A stretch of DNA of 46,258 nt from an uncultured bacterium (GTDB lineage Bacteria > UBP4 > UBA4092), in NCBI GenBank assembly GCA_964644695.1, contig CAZXWN010000003.1:248001-294258 (forward strand), read 5' to 3'. Below are positions 1 to 8,919 of this stretch, one piece after another (position 1 is the stretch's first letter; each line of letters begins with the position of its first letter). The notes beneath the pieces were generated by a model that saw only the letters and a list, made by a program, of their open reading frames with translations, searched no databases and was not told the origin of the DNA. The position numbers and the translations under genes are program-made.

Positions 1-1503
1 GCGAAAACCATTAAGGGTTATGGGTTAGGTGAAGCCGGTGAGGGTCGAAATATCACCCATCAACAGAAGAAACTCAATGAGCGGGAACTCCGGGAATTTA
101 GAGAACGGTTCAAAGTCCCCATCTCTGATGAAGAAATTGTTGATGCGCCATTCTATCGGCCTCCTGCGGATTCCCCCGAAATGGTATATCTCCTGAATCA
201 ACGGAAAAAGCTTGGAGGTTCACTCCCGAAACGGGAAAATAAATCTCTCCCGCTGGATGTTCCGAAACTGGATGTCTTTAATGAATTTCTGAAAGGTTCA
301 GAGCCGTTCACGGTTTCGACCACAATGGCTTTTGTCCGGTTAATTAGTAATCTCCTGCGGAATCCGAAAATCAGTAAAAATATTGTTCCGATAATTCCAG
401 ACGAAGCCCGTACTTTTGGTTTGGACCCTCTCTTCCGGGAAATAGGAATTTATTCTCCCAAGGGTCAGCTCTACCAACCTGTGGATAGTTCCACTCTCCT
501 GTATTACCGGGAAGCTAAAGATGGCCAAATCCTCGAGGAAGGTATCACTGAGGCGGGGGCTATGAGTTCCTTTATTGCCGCCGGGACTGCCTATGCCAAT
601 CATGGCGTAAATATGATTCCGTTCTTCATTTACTACTCCATGTTTGGATTCCAGCGTGTGGGTGATCTGGCCTGGGCGGCGGCGGATATGCGAGCGAAAG
701 GCTTCATGCTGGGTGCGACTGCCGGTCGGACTACTCTTGCCGGTGAAGGACTTCAGCATCAGGATGGCCACAGTCTGCTGCTGGCCTCTACCATTCCTAC
801 CTTGTTGGTCTATGACCCAGCCTTCGCTTATGAAATGGCTGTGATTATTGCTGATGGCATGAAGCGGATGTATCAGGAACAGGAAGATGTCTTTTATTAT
901 CTGACTCTCTACAATGAAAATTATGTGATGCCTCCCATGCCGGAAGGTGTGACGGAGGGTATCATTAAAGGCCTCTATAAATTCCGGCAGGGTCCGGAAG
1001 GTCTCCGTTACAAAGCCCATCTGATTGGCAGTGGGCCGTTGATGAAAGAGGTCTTTAAGGCGGCTCAGATCCTCGCTGAAAAATATGAGGTCTCTACGGA
1101 TATTTGGAGTGCGACCAGTTATAAACAGCTCCGGTCTGAGGCGATGAAGGTTCGGCGGTGGAATATGCTTCATCCAACCGAATCACCTCGGAAATCTTAT
1201 GTGGAATCTCTCCTGGAACATGAAGCGGGCGTATTTGTGGCGGTGTCCGATTATATGCGGATTGTTCCGGAACAGATTGCTCCCTGGGTGCCTGGCGGAT
1301 TGATGACGCTGGGTACAGATGGTTTTGGCCGCAGTGATACACGAGAGGCTCTCCGCCGCTACTTTGAGGTTGATGCCGAATCTATCGTGCTGGCGACCTT
1401 ATACCAACTGGCTGAGACCGGTCATCTGGATTTCCAGGTTGTCGCCAAGGCAATGAAAGATATGGACTATGACCCTGATAAGATGTCTCCCTACTGGGTC
1501 TAA
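1..1503 (+). CDS. aceE: Pyruvate dehydrogenase E1, homodimeric type (5'-truncated by window edge)
   Basis: Frame 1 is open from base 1 (AKTIKGYGLGEAGEGRNITHQQKK). Contains IPDEARTFG, EEGITEAGA, YYSMFGFQRVGD, GEGLQHQDG and LGTDGFGRSD, all typical of AceE. Confidence 0.97.
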   Translation, partial: AKTIKGYGLGEAGEGRNITHQQKKLNERELREFRERFKVPISDEEIVDAPFYRPPADSPEMVYLLNQRKKLGGSLPKRENKSLPLDVPKLDVFNEFLKGSEPFTVSTTMAFVRLISNLLRNPKISKNIVPIIPDEARTFGLDPLFREIGIYSPKGQLYQPVDSSTLLYYREAKDGQILEEGITEAGAMSSFIAAGTAYANHGVNMIPFFIYYSMFGFQRVGDLAWAAADMRAKGFMLGATAGRTTLAGEGLQHQDGHSLLLASTIPTLLVYDPAFAYEMAVIIADGMKRMYQEQEDVFYYLTLYNENYVMPPMPEGVTEGIIKGLYKFRQGPEGLRYKAHLIGSGPLMKEVFKAAQILAEKYEVSTDIWSATSYKQLRSEAMKVRRWNMLHPTESPRKSYVESLLEHEAGVFVAVSDYMRIVPEQIAPWVPGGLMTLGTDGFGRSDTREALRRYFEVDAESIVLATLYQLAETGHLDFQVVAKAMKDMDYDPDKMSPYWV

Positions 1504-1589
1504 AGGGTGGACACCTGTTCAGGTGCATTGAATGTCAGAATAACGGTACATTGAAAAGATATTAAACACGAGTGAAGTGAGGAATAGAT

Positions 1590-2897
1590 ATGGATGTAAA
1601 ACTGCCTAATCTCGGTGAAGGTGCTGACAGCGGAACGGTGGTCGGCGTCCTTGTTAATGTGGGAGATATGGTTTCAGAAGGACAAACCATTCTGGAACTG
1701 GAGAATGAGAAAGCTATTGCTCCCATTCCTGCTCCGGTCTCAGGAAAAGTCGCGAAAGTACTGGTTAAGGAAGGCCAGAAACTTTCTGTGGGACAGGTCA
1801 TATTGACCCTTGAAGGCGATGGCGCTGCTGCTCCCAAAGAACCCGCTCCTGCTCCAGCAGCCAAGCTCACTGCTGCGCCGGTCGTTCCGGTTAACACGGC
1901 TCCAGCATCAATACCGGTTATCCCTCAGGGCGTTCCCCTGTATCAACCGATTGAGACGGGATTGCCTCCCGCTGCGGCTCCTTCTATCCGCAAGATGGCT
2001 CGTGATTTGGGAATTGATTTACATCGAATCCGGGGTAGTGAACGTGGTGGTCGGATCGTCATGAAAGATTTGTATGACTACATCCAGTATCTACAGGCAA
2101 TTGCTTTTTCACCTAAACCGGTGGCCGAAGCAGCCCCAGGTGTTCCTGCTAAGCCTGCCCCCGAATCTATTGATTTCTCTAAATGGGGGGCTGTTGAGTC
2201 TGAACCAGTGACGCCTTTGCGGCGAACCATTGCCCGGCGGATGGTGGAGTCATGGACGACCATTCCCCATGTCACTCAATATGATGAGTCCGACATTACT
2301 GATTTGATGGCGCTGCGGAAAAAGTACAAAGACGATTATGCTGAGAAAGGGGCCAACCTCACAGTGACTCCCTTTGCCCTGAAGGCCGTAGTCAAAGCCC
2401 TTCAGCTGCATCCTGTCTTTAACTCCAGTTGGGATGAAGTTAAAGAAGAAATCGTCCACAAACAGTATTACCATATCGGCCTGGCTGTTGACACAGAGGC
2501 TGGACTTCTGGTCCCGGTTATCCGCGATGTTGATAAAAAGTCCATCCTGGAACTATCCCTTGAAATTGAGGAACTGGCCAATAAGGCCCGCGAACGAAAA
2601 CTCTCTCTGGATGAAATGAAGGGTGGAACCTTTACTATTTCCAACCAGGGCGGAATCGGTGGTGGTCCCTTTACCCCCATCATCAACAAGCCAGAAGTGG
2701 CGATTCTGGGTATGGCCCGAGGCGTAAATAAACCGGTGGTAGTAGGTAAGGAAATCAAAGCCCGTTTGATTCTGCCGTTATCACTTTCGTATGACCATCG
2801 AATCATTGATGGAGGAACGGCGGCTCGCTTTATTACCGACTTGGGTAAGGCATTTACTGAGTTTACTGATGAAGACGTTAAGTTACCGAAGAAATAA
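1590..2897 (+). CDS. aceF: Dihydrolipoamide acyltransferase E2 with a single lipoyl domain
   Basis: N-terminal lipoyl domain (LPNLGEG...ELENEKA), E3-binding domain (AAPSIRKMARDLGIDL..I.GS..GGRI) and catalytic SYDHRIIDG; RBS GAGG upstream; lies between aceE and lpdA. Confidence 0.93.
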   Translation: MDVKLPNLGEGADSGTVVGVLVNVGDMVSEGQTILELENEKAIAPIPAPVSGKVAKVLVKEGQKLSVGQVILTLEGDGAAAPKEPAPAPAAKLTAAPVVPVNTAPASIPVIPQGVPLYQPIETGLPPAAAPSIRKMARDLGIDLHRIRGSERGGRIVMKDLYDYIQYLQAIAFSPKPVAEAAPGVPAKPAPESIDFSKWGAVESEPVTPLRRTIARRMVESWTTIPHVTQYDESDITDLMALRKKYKDDYAEKGANLTVTPFALKAVVKALQLHPVFNSSWDEVKEEIVHKQYYHIGLAVDTEAGLLVPVIRDVDKKSILELSLEIEELANKARERKLSLDEMKGGTFTISNQGGIGGGPFTPIINKPEVAILGMARGVNKPVVVGKEIKARLILPLSLSYDHRIIDGGTAARFITDLGKAFTEFTDEDVKLPKK

Positions 2898-2911
2898 ATG
2901 AGGATTATCAC

Positions 2912-4336
2912 ATGGAACGCATAAAAACAGAATTGGTGGTTGTAGGTGGAGGCCCAGGTGGATATGCTGCGGCCTTTTACGCCGCTGACCGTGGTCAGAA
3001 GGTTATTCTAATCGAAAAAGACAGGAATTTGGGAGGAGTTTGCCTGAATCGGGGGTGCATTCCATCTAAGGCTTTATTGCATGCCACTCGCATGATAGAA
3101 GAATCCCGAGCGTCTGTCCATCGGGGGATAACTTATCCTGAACCGCAAATTGATTTGGATAAACTTAGAGCTTGGAAATCTTCGGTGTTGGAGAAACTGG
3201 CGGGTGGAGTATCTCAGTTGGCCAAGGCTCGTGGGGTTGAGATAATGCACGGTCGGGGTTATTTCGAAGACTCAAAGACTCTCCGGGTGGAAACTCCAGA
3301 GGGTCAACACTTCATTAGTTACGACCATGCCATCATCGCCGTGGGTTCGAAGGCAGCATTACCTTCTGTGTTTGATTTAGGTAATCCTCGCGTCATGACT
3401 TCGACGGGAGCTCTGGAGATAGATGAAATACCGGCGAGTTTGTTGATTATTGGGGGTGGGTATATTGGTATGGAACTGGGGACCGTGTACGCATCACTGG
3501 GGAGTCAGGTTACTGTGGCAGAGGCTCTGCCGAGAGTTATGACCGGTGCTGACCCGGATTTGACCCGTCCCGTCCTCAAGTATCTAAAGGATCACTTCAA
3601 AGAAATCCGTACAGGTGCCAAAGTCCAATCTATGGCCACTCAGGGAAAACAAATCAAGGTGGTTATGGAATACAACGGACAGAAACTGGATGAGCTGTAT
3701 GATAAAGTCCTTGTTTCTATTGGCCGCGTACCAAACTGTATTGATATAGGTTTGGAGAACACTAAAGTTCAACAGGATGAAAAAGGTTTCATTAAGGTCA
3801 ATGAACGCCAGGAGACATCAGACCCATTTATTTATGCTATTGGCGATGTGGCGGGTGGAATCATGCTGGCACACAAGGCCTCCAAAGAAGCCCGCGTTGC
3901 AGTTGAGGTTTTGACAGGAGAGGCAAGCTCTTTTGAAAATATGCTGATACCTGCCGTGGTCTATACCGATCCGGAGATAGCCTGGTGCGGACTCACAGAG
4001 GAAGAGGCTAAGAAAAAAGACATCAAGATTGAAGTAGCAAAGTTCCCCTGGGCGGCCTCTGGACGCGCACTGACCTATGACCGTCCGGATGGGTTGACCA
4101 AAATGATCATTGACCCAGAGACTGACCGTATCCTCGGAATGGGGATTGTTGGACATAATGCCGGGGAACTGATCTCCGAAGGTGTGGTGGCGATTGAGAT
4201 GGGTGCCACTGCAAGAGATTTGGCGGAGTCCATTCACCCCCATCCGACTCTGTCAGAAACAATCATGGAATGTGCTGAGATGTATTATGGAACATCCACT
4301 CATGCTATTCCCCGTAAGAAACGGGAAGAATCCTGA
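2912..4336 (+). CDS. lpdA: Dihydrolipoyl dehydrogenase E3
   Basis: GGGPGGY, GGVCLNRGCIPSK redox disulfide, GGGYIGME and HPHPTLSE. Confidence 0.97.
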   Translation: MERIKTELVVVGGGPGGYAAAFYAADRGQKVILIEKDRNLGGVCLNRGCIPSKALLHATRMIEESRASVHRGITYPEPQIDLDKLRAWKSSVLEKLAGGVSQLAKARGVEIMHGRGYFEDSKTLRVETPEGQHFISYDHAIIAVGSKAALPSVFDLGNPRVMTSTGALEIDEIPASLLIIGGGYIGMELGTVYASLGSQVTVAEALPRVMTGADPDLTRPVLKYLKDHFKEIRTGAKVQSMATQGKQIKVVMEYNGQKLDELYDKVLVSIGRVPNCIDIGLENTKVQQDEKGFIKVNERQETSDPFIYAIGDVAGGIMLAHKASKEARVAVEVLTGEASSFENMLIPAVVYTDPEIAWCGLTEEEAKKKDIKIEVAKFPWAASGRALTYDRPDGLTKMIIDPETDRILGMGIVGHNAGELISEGVVAIEMGATARDLAESIHPHPTLSETIMECAEMYYGTSTHAIPRKKREES

Positions 4337-4362
4337 GGTTTTACGATAAGTAACTATTTATC

Positions 4363-4403
4363 AATCCCCTGGAGTCTATATGACTTCAGGGGATTTTCTT
4401 TTT
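4363..4403 (+). terminator. Intrinsic terminator after lpdA
   Basis: aatcccctggagtc / gacttcaggggatt stem followed by a T-rich tract. Confidence 0.85.
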
Positions 4404-4530
4404 GTATATTTTTGTGGGAATTAATGGGGTTCATGGTTAAGTCTTGTCAACCGATTGGTCTGTTAAAAGGGTTATAATAAATGGAAAATATCAGTAACTT
4501 TCCCCAAATGAACAGAAAGGTATTTTCAAA

Positions 4531-5307
4531 ATGAATATTTCGCAAGTAGCTATCCAGTTATACACCCTCCGAGATTACCTGAAAACTCCCCAGGACGCAC
4601 GCGAGACTCTGCAAAAAGTGAAAGAGATTGGATATACCGCTGTCCAGATTTCCGGGATGGGTCCGATGCCCACCGAAACAGTCCGGGACCTGGTCCAGGA
4701 AGCGGGTTTGACGCTTTGTGCGACCCACGAAAGTGCTGCATTGATCCTGGAAAGCCCTCAGCAAGTGGTTGATATCCTCAACATACTGGGGACTGACTAT
4801 ACAGCCTATCCCTGTCCTACAGTGAAAGTCGATTTATTGTCTCCCACAGGCGTTAAAACCTGGGTGCAACAGTTGAATGATGCAGGAAAATACCTGTATG
4901 AACACGGGAAAGTTCTCACCTACCACAATCATCATCATGAGTTTATGAAAAGTGAAAATAAACTGATTCTGGATATTATTTATAACGACACTGACCCGAA
5001 ATACCTGCAGGGTGAAATTGATACCTACTGGGTACAGGTGGGTGGTGGAAGCCCTGTGGAATGGTGTAAGAAGCTGAAAGGAAGACTGCCTTTATTACAT
5101 CTGAAGGATTATCGAATCGGGGAAGACCGCGTTGTGAAATATGCCCCCATCGGTTCTGGTAATCTTGATTTCCCGGCCATTATCAAGGCGGCGGAAGAAT
5201 CGGGCTGCAAATGGTTCATCGTAGAACAGGATGATTGTTACGGTGACCCCTTTGTGTCGATTAGGTCCAGCTTTGATTACATAAAACAAAATCTGTGTAA
5301 AAGCTGA
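4531..5307 (+). CDS. Sugar phosphate isomerase/epimerase (xylose isomerase-like TIM barrel)
   Basis: QLYTLR, YHNHHHEF, EIDTYW, LHLKD, G.GNLDF and IVEQD motifs. Confidence 0.9.
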   Translation: MNISQVAIQLYTLRDYLKTPQDARETLQKVKEIGYTAVQISGMGPMPTETVRDLVQEAGLTLCATHESAALILESPQQVVDILNILGTDYTAYPCPTVKVDLLSPTGVKTWVQQLNDAGKYLYEHGKVLTYHNHHHEFMKSENKLILDIIYNDTDPKYLQGEIDTYWVQVGGGSPVEWCKKLKGRLPLLHLKDYRIGEDRVVKYAPIGSGNLDFPAIIKAAEESGCKWFIVEQDDCYGDPFVSIRSSFDYIKQNLCKS

Positions 5308-5425
5308 TTGCTCTGAAGTTATTGTAAGAAACGAATATATAGTTTTAGTCAGAACAATGATGGAGGAAGAGGAGACTCCGTCATTGTTTCCCTTTTATAT
5401 AAATTACTGGAAGCGAGGATGTGCC

Positions 5426-6280
5426 ATGGATATAACGCGTCGAGATGCAATAAAAACAACATTGGCTGGAGCTGCCGCCATGGGTTTGGGTTCTCTTGTG
5501 TCGGCTGTGGAAAATGTACCTTCCAATCCACCTCAACCGACTAATAAATTCCGCCCCTTAGCGATTGCCCACCGAGGATATTCAATAAAATACCCTGAGA
5601 ATACTCTTTTAAGTTTCAGTAAGGCGATGGAACACAATCCCGATTCATTGGAATGCGATATTTATATTACAGCGGATGGTAAGCCTGTAATCAGCCATGA
5701 TCATACGACAAATCGGATGGGGGACCGTGAAGGTGTGATTTCGCAAATGGCCTGGTCCGAATTAAAGAAGGTGGATGTGGGTGCCAAGAAAGACCCTAAA
5801 TTTGCCGGTGAACGGATCCCTCTCTTTGAAGAACTCTTGGATTTAGCGAAGGGAAAGGTCAACCTCTGTGTTGAAATAAAGAATTTTTCTGCCACGGCCG
5901 AAACTGTCCGTTTGATTCAGGAACATCAAATGATTGACCAAGTGGTGATCTTTGCTTTTGGAGATTTGGCGATACCGGAAGTGAAGGCCCTATGCCCTGA
6001 AATGGCGTGCCTTTCTTTACAGGCTTATGATGAGGGAAAAGACACTCAAATCAACCCAAAAGTATTGACTCGAAGAGTTCTCGGATTGGGTGCCAATTCC
6101 ATTGGTCTGGCTAATGATAATATTACTCCTGAGACTTTGAAGTATTATCATCAGCATCACCTTTTTGTGACGGCATGGACCATCAATTATGACGTACGGA
6201 TGAGAGAACTTCGGGATATGGGTTGTGATGCCATTATTTCCGATGATATTGTGACTCTCCAACAAGTCTTAAACAGTTAA
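5426..6280 (+). CDS. Glycerophosphodiester phosphodiesterase (GDPD) with Tat signal peptide
   Basis: Start moved to ATG 5426 (RBS GAGG). TRRDAIK twin-arginine signal; AHRG, PENT, ECD, HD, VEIK, AWTIN and IISD motifs. Confidence 0.9.
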   Translation: MDITRRDAIKTTLAGAAAMGLGSLVSAVENVPSNPPQPTNKFRPLAIAHRGYSIKYPENTLLSFSKAMEHNPDSLECDIYITADGKPVISHDHTTNRMGDREGVISQMAWSELKKVDVGAKKDPKFAGERIPLFEELLDLAKGKVNLCVEIKNFSATAETVRLIQEHQMIDQVVIFAFGDLAIPEVKALCPEMACLSLQAYDEGKDTQINPKVLTRRVLGLGANSIGLANDNITPETLKYYHQHHLFVTAWTINYDVRMRELRDMGCDAIISDDIVTLQQVLNS

Positions 6281-6296
6281 TTTCAAAGTAATTCCC

Positions 6297-6324
6297 AGGG
6301 ACCGTTTTTACGGTCCCTTTTTTT
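6297..6324 (+). terminator. Intrinsic terminator after the Tat-GDPD gene
   Basis: agggaccgt / acggtccct stem plus T-run. Confidence 0.85.
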
Positions 6325-6336
6325 ATTCTCACCTGG

Positions 6337-6385
6337 AACGAACCATTCACGGAGTTACTCCGAGCTGCTCCGTGGATGCTGCGTC
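6337..6385. repeat. 49-bp dyad repeat, copy 1
   Basis: aacgaaccattc-acggag-ttactccgagctg-ctccgt-ggatgctgcgtc; same length and box spacing as the copies at 16153, 24055 and 39187. Confidence 0.85.
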
Positions 6386-6492
6386 ATGTGAACCTGAGAT
6401 ATTAATGCTAATATGTAATAAAATATGGAGTGATAAGGGTCATGTTCGTTGTTGATTGACCCCAAATCTATGAATGGATGGCATAGGATATT

Positions 6493-7890
6493 ATGTTCAA
6501 ATTTAAGACTAATCATTGGGTTCTGGGCGTTATCGTTCTGACGGCGATTTTAGTTTCATCCCTGTCGGGCACTCTCTTTTCTGCGGATATTCCCAAAGAC
6601 AGGCTTGTGATTGATTTTGTGGGTAATGTTCGGGGATATCTTGAGCCTTGTGGATGTCACTCCGGCCAATACGGCGGTGTGGCGCGGAGGGCGACCTACC
6701 TGAGCCGTTTGAAGCAAAGTTATCCTCATCCCGTCACTGTTTTTAATGGGGATATGGGAATCAACTCAAATTCTCAGGAAAAAGTTAAAACCGAATATCT
6801 CTTTGAAGCCTTTGACAAAATGGGTTACGACGCCATGAATATGGGTGAAAATGAATTCACCTTCGGATGGGATTTTGTTAAGGGATTACAGTCCCGATAT
6901 AACAATTTGATTTCCGCAAATATATACAATAAAGAATCGGGTAAACTTCTCTTTAATCCCTATTTAATAAAATCCGTACCGGTTATCATTGCCGGCGAGA
7001 CTGTCATGGTTAAAGTTGGGATTGTCGGTGTGATGGACCCCACTTATGAAAGTATTGTCCGCTCAGTCCAGGGTGGGCCTTCTCTGGAAGTCTCAGACCC
7101 TGTGGAAGCCCTGAATAAGTACATCCCCGAAATGCGAAAAGATGGGGCGGTTATGGTCGTTGTTTTAGGCCATATTGGAATGCAGGACTCCCTTGATATG
7201 CTGAAGAAAGTCAAAGATGTTGACCTGTGGGTTGCAGGACATGAACCTTTCCAATATGTCGAGAATCCAAAGAAGGTGGGTAAAACCATCGTGGTTCTCA
7301 ACGGGGACCGGGGTCGCTGGACAGGTTATGCTGCGTATCAGATGAAAAATCGTAAACAATCCGTTTTCCTGAAGACTCAGGAAACTACGCTTAATGAAGG
7401 TATTCCAGATGACGTATCCATGTCTGGTTTGGTGATGAGTTACAAAAAGGGACTGACACTTCCGGTCCCTCCCAAAAACACAATATCTATTTTTAGTTGG
7501 AATAAACGACCCTCTTTTGCGGGAGCCCAATCCTGTTTGCAATGCCATCCACGGATGTATTTTGCATGGCGCAAGACCGCTCATTCAAAAGCACTGGTTT
7601 CTCTCAAACAGAAACATTCCGACCAACGGGTTGAGTGTGTGGTTTGTCATACCGTGGGATATGGTAAGGGCGGTTATGTAAATGAAAAGCAAACTCCGCG
7701 ACTGGCAGGGGTTCAATGTGAGTCCTGCCACGGTTCCGGTCTGCGTCATGTGGCAGCGGCATATGGACAACACAAAAATACTATTTTTCGCCCCAAAGGC
7801 CCCGAAACATGTTTGACCTGCCATGACAAGGAACATGATCCGAAGTTTGTTTATGTCGATAAGAAGTTAAAAATAAAACATTGGCATTAA
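6493..7890 (+). CDS. Secreted UshA/5'-nucleotidase-like domain fused to a c554-type tetraheme cytochrome c
   Basis: Signal peptide; GYLEPCGC..GQYGGVARR and degenerate metallophosphoesterase motifs; four CxxCH motifs (CLQCH, CVVCH, CESCH, CLTCH) in the C-terminal part. Confidence 0.85.
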   Translation: MFKFKTNHWVLGVIVLTAILVSSLSGTLFSADIPKDRLVIDFVGNVRGYLEPCGCHSGQYGGVARRATYLSRLKQSYPHPVTVFNGDMGINSNSQEKVKTEYLFEAFDKMGYDAMNMGENEFTFGWDFVKGLQSRYNNLISANIYNKESGKLLFNPYLIKSVPVIIAGETVMVKVGIVGVMDPTYESIVRSVQGGPSLEVSDPVEALNKYIPEMRKDGAVMVVVLGHIGMQDSLDMLKKVKDVDLWVAGHEPFQYVENPKKVGKTIVVLNGDRGRWTGYAAYQMKNRKQSVFLKTQETTLNEGIPDDVSMSGLVMSYKKGLTLPVPPKNTISIFSWNKRPSFAGAQSCLQCHPRMYFAWRKTAHSKALVSLKQKHSDQRVECVVCHTVGYGKGGYVNEKQTPRLAGVQCESCHGSGLRHVAAAYGQHKNTIFRPKGPETCLTCHDKEHDPKFVYVDKKLKIKHWH

Positions 7891-7934
7891 AGAATAAATA
7901 ATAATAAGAAAACCAATAACTCCAGTTTCCCGGG

Positions 7935-8843
7935 TTATTGGTTTTCTTTTTTGAGGGCTGCTTTACTTCGTTGATATTGATTCCCATTGACGACAGCCAC
8001 AGAGGCCAGAATAATCATGGCTCCCAGAATCAAATTCAATGTCAGTGGCTCTCTGAGTATCAACCATCCCAAAAATACGGCAATGACAGGGTTTATGTAG
8101 GCATAAGTTGACGCCCAGGTGGGAGATGCATGACTAAATAGATAAAAGAACGCTGTATAACCCAAAATGGAGACCACCAGCGATAAATATCCCAGTGAGA
8201 TGATACTTGTCATGCTGACAGCTTCCCACTTCACTGAAGGGCCACAGAGAGCGATTAAAAGCAACATAACACCTGCCATGGACATCTCAATGGCCGAAAA
8301 AACAGTCGTATTATATTTTCGTCCGACCTGATTCATCCAATAAGTGCCACTGGCCCAACTGATGGTAGAAAGAAAAATAATAATCAAGGCAGACAGTGTC
8401 CCCGGTTTGATGTCCGTGATAGTGGGATAGACCAAAATAACCATTCCCGTAAATCCAGTGATTACCCCCGCTAACGTGACCCATCCTGTTTTGCGAAATC
8501 CATATTTAACAATGGAGAAGACTGCCATCCACAGAGGCAAGGCGGCACAGATAATAGCTGCCAGACCGGAGGGTAATACGATTTGTGACCATACTAAAAA
8601 ACCGTTTCCAATCGTCAGAAATAATGTGGCCAGCATCCCAATCCGCAGATAGTCCTGCCACTGGTTTGGGAAGGGAAGTTTCTTCCATTTGCACCATATC
8701 AGCATCAAACCGCCTGCTGAGAGGAATTGGATGGCAACCTGCCAAAATGGAGGGAAGGATTGAAGCGCCAGCTTCGTGGACATGAAGCTGGTTCCCCAGA
8801 CGATACTGATTATCAGATAAGCGATGATGACTTGTATATTCAT
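7935..8843 (-). CDS. EamA/DMT family transporter
   Basis: About 10 hydrophobic segments; IVWGTSF, PSGLAA and YAYINPVIAVFLGWLILRE motifs. Confidence 0.92.
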   Translation of the reverse strand: MNIQVIIAYLIISIVWGTSFMSTKLALQSFPPFWQVAIQFLSAGGLMLIWCKWKKLPFPNQWQDYLRIGMLATLFLTIGNGFLVWSQIVLPSGLAAIICAALPLWMAVFSIVKYGFRKTGWVTLAGVITGFTGMVILVYPTITDIKPGTLSALIIIFLSTISWASGTYWMNQVGRKYNTTVFSAIEMSMAGVMLLLIALCGPSVKWEAVSMTSIISLGYLSLVVSILGYTAFFYLFSHASPTWASTYAYINPVIAVFLGWLILREPLTLNLILGAMIILASVAVVNGNQYQRSKAALKKENQ

Positions 8844-8857
8844 TGGGCCTCTTTAAT

Positions 8858-8897
8858 AAGAAAACCGGATACCCGTTAAATACGGATACCCGGTTTT
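8858..8897 (-). terminator. Intrinsic terminator after purH
   Basis: On the minus strand ACCGGGUAUCCGU / ACGGGUAUCCGGU pairs fully using G-U wobbles, followed by a U-rich tail. Confidence 0.7.
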
Positions 8898-8919
8898 CAT
8901 GTTTATTGCAAAATTGGGA

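Noticed and set aside
340-1173. 277-aa minus-strand ORF
   Set aside because: Antisense shadow of aceE with no recognisable motifs.
4444-4460. LacI-type operator (caaccgattg) before the sugar isomerase gene
   Set aside because: Only a 10-bp imperfect palindrome, single occurrence, no regulator nearby.
6640-6665. Selenocysteine recoding in the UshA-like protein
   Set aside because: Both Cys codons are TGT and the ORF has no in-frame TGA.
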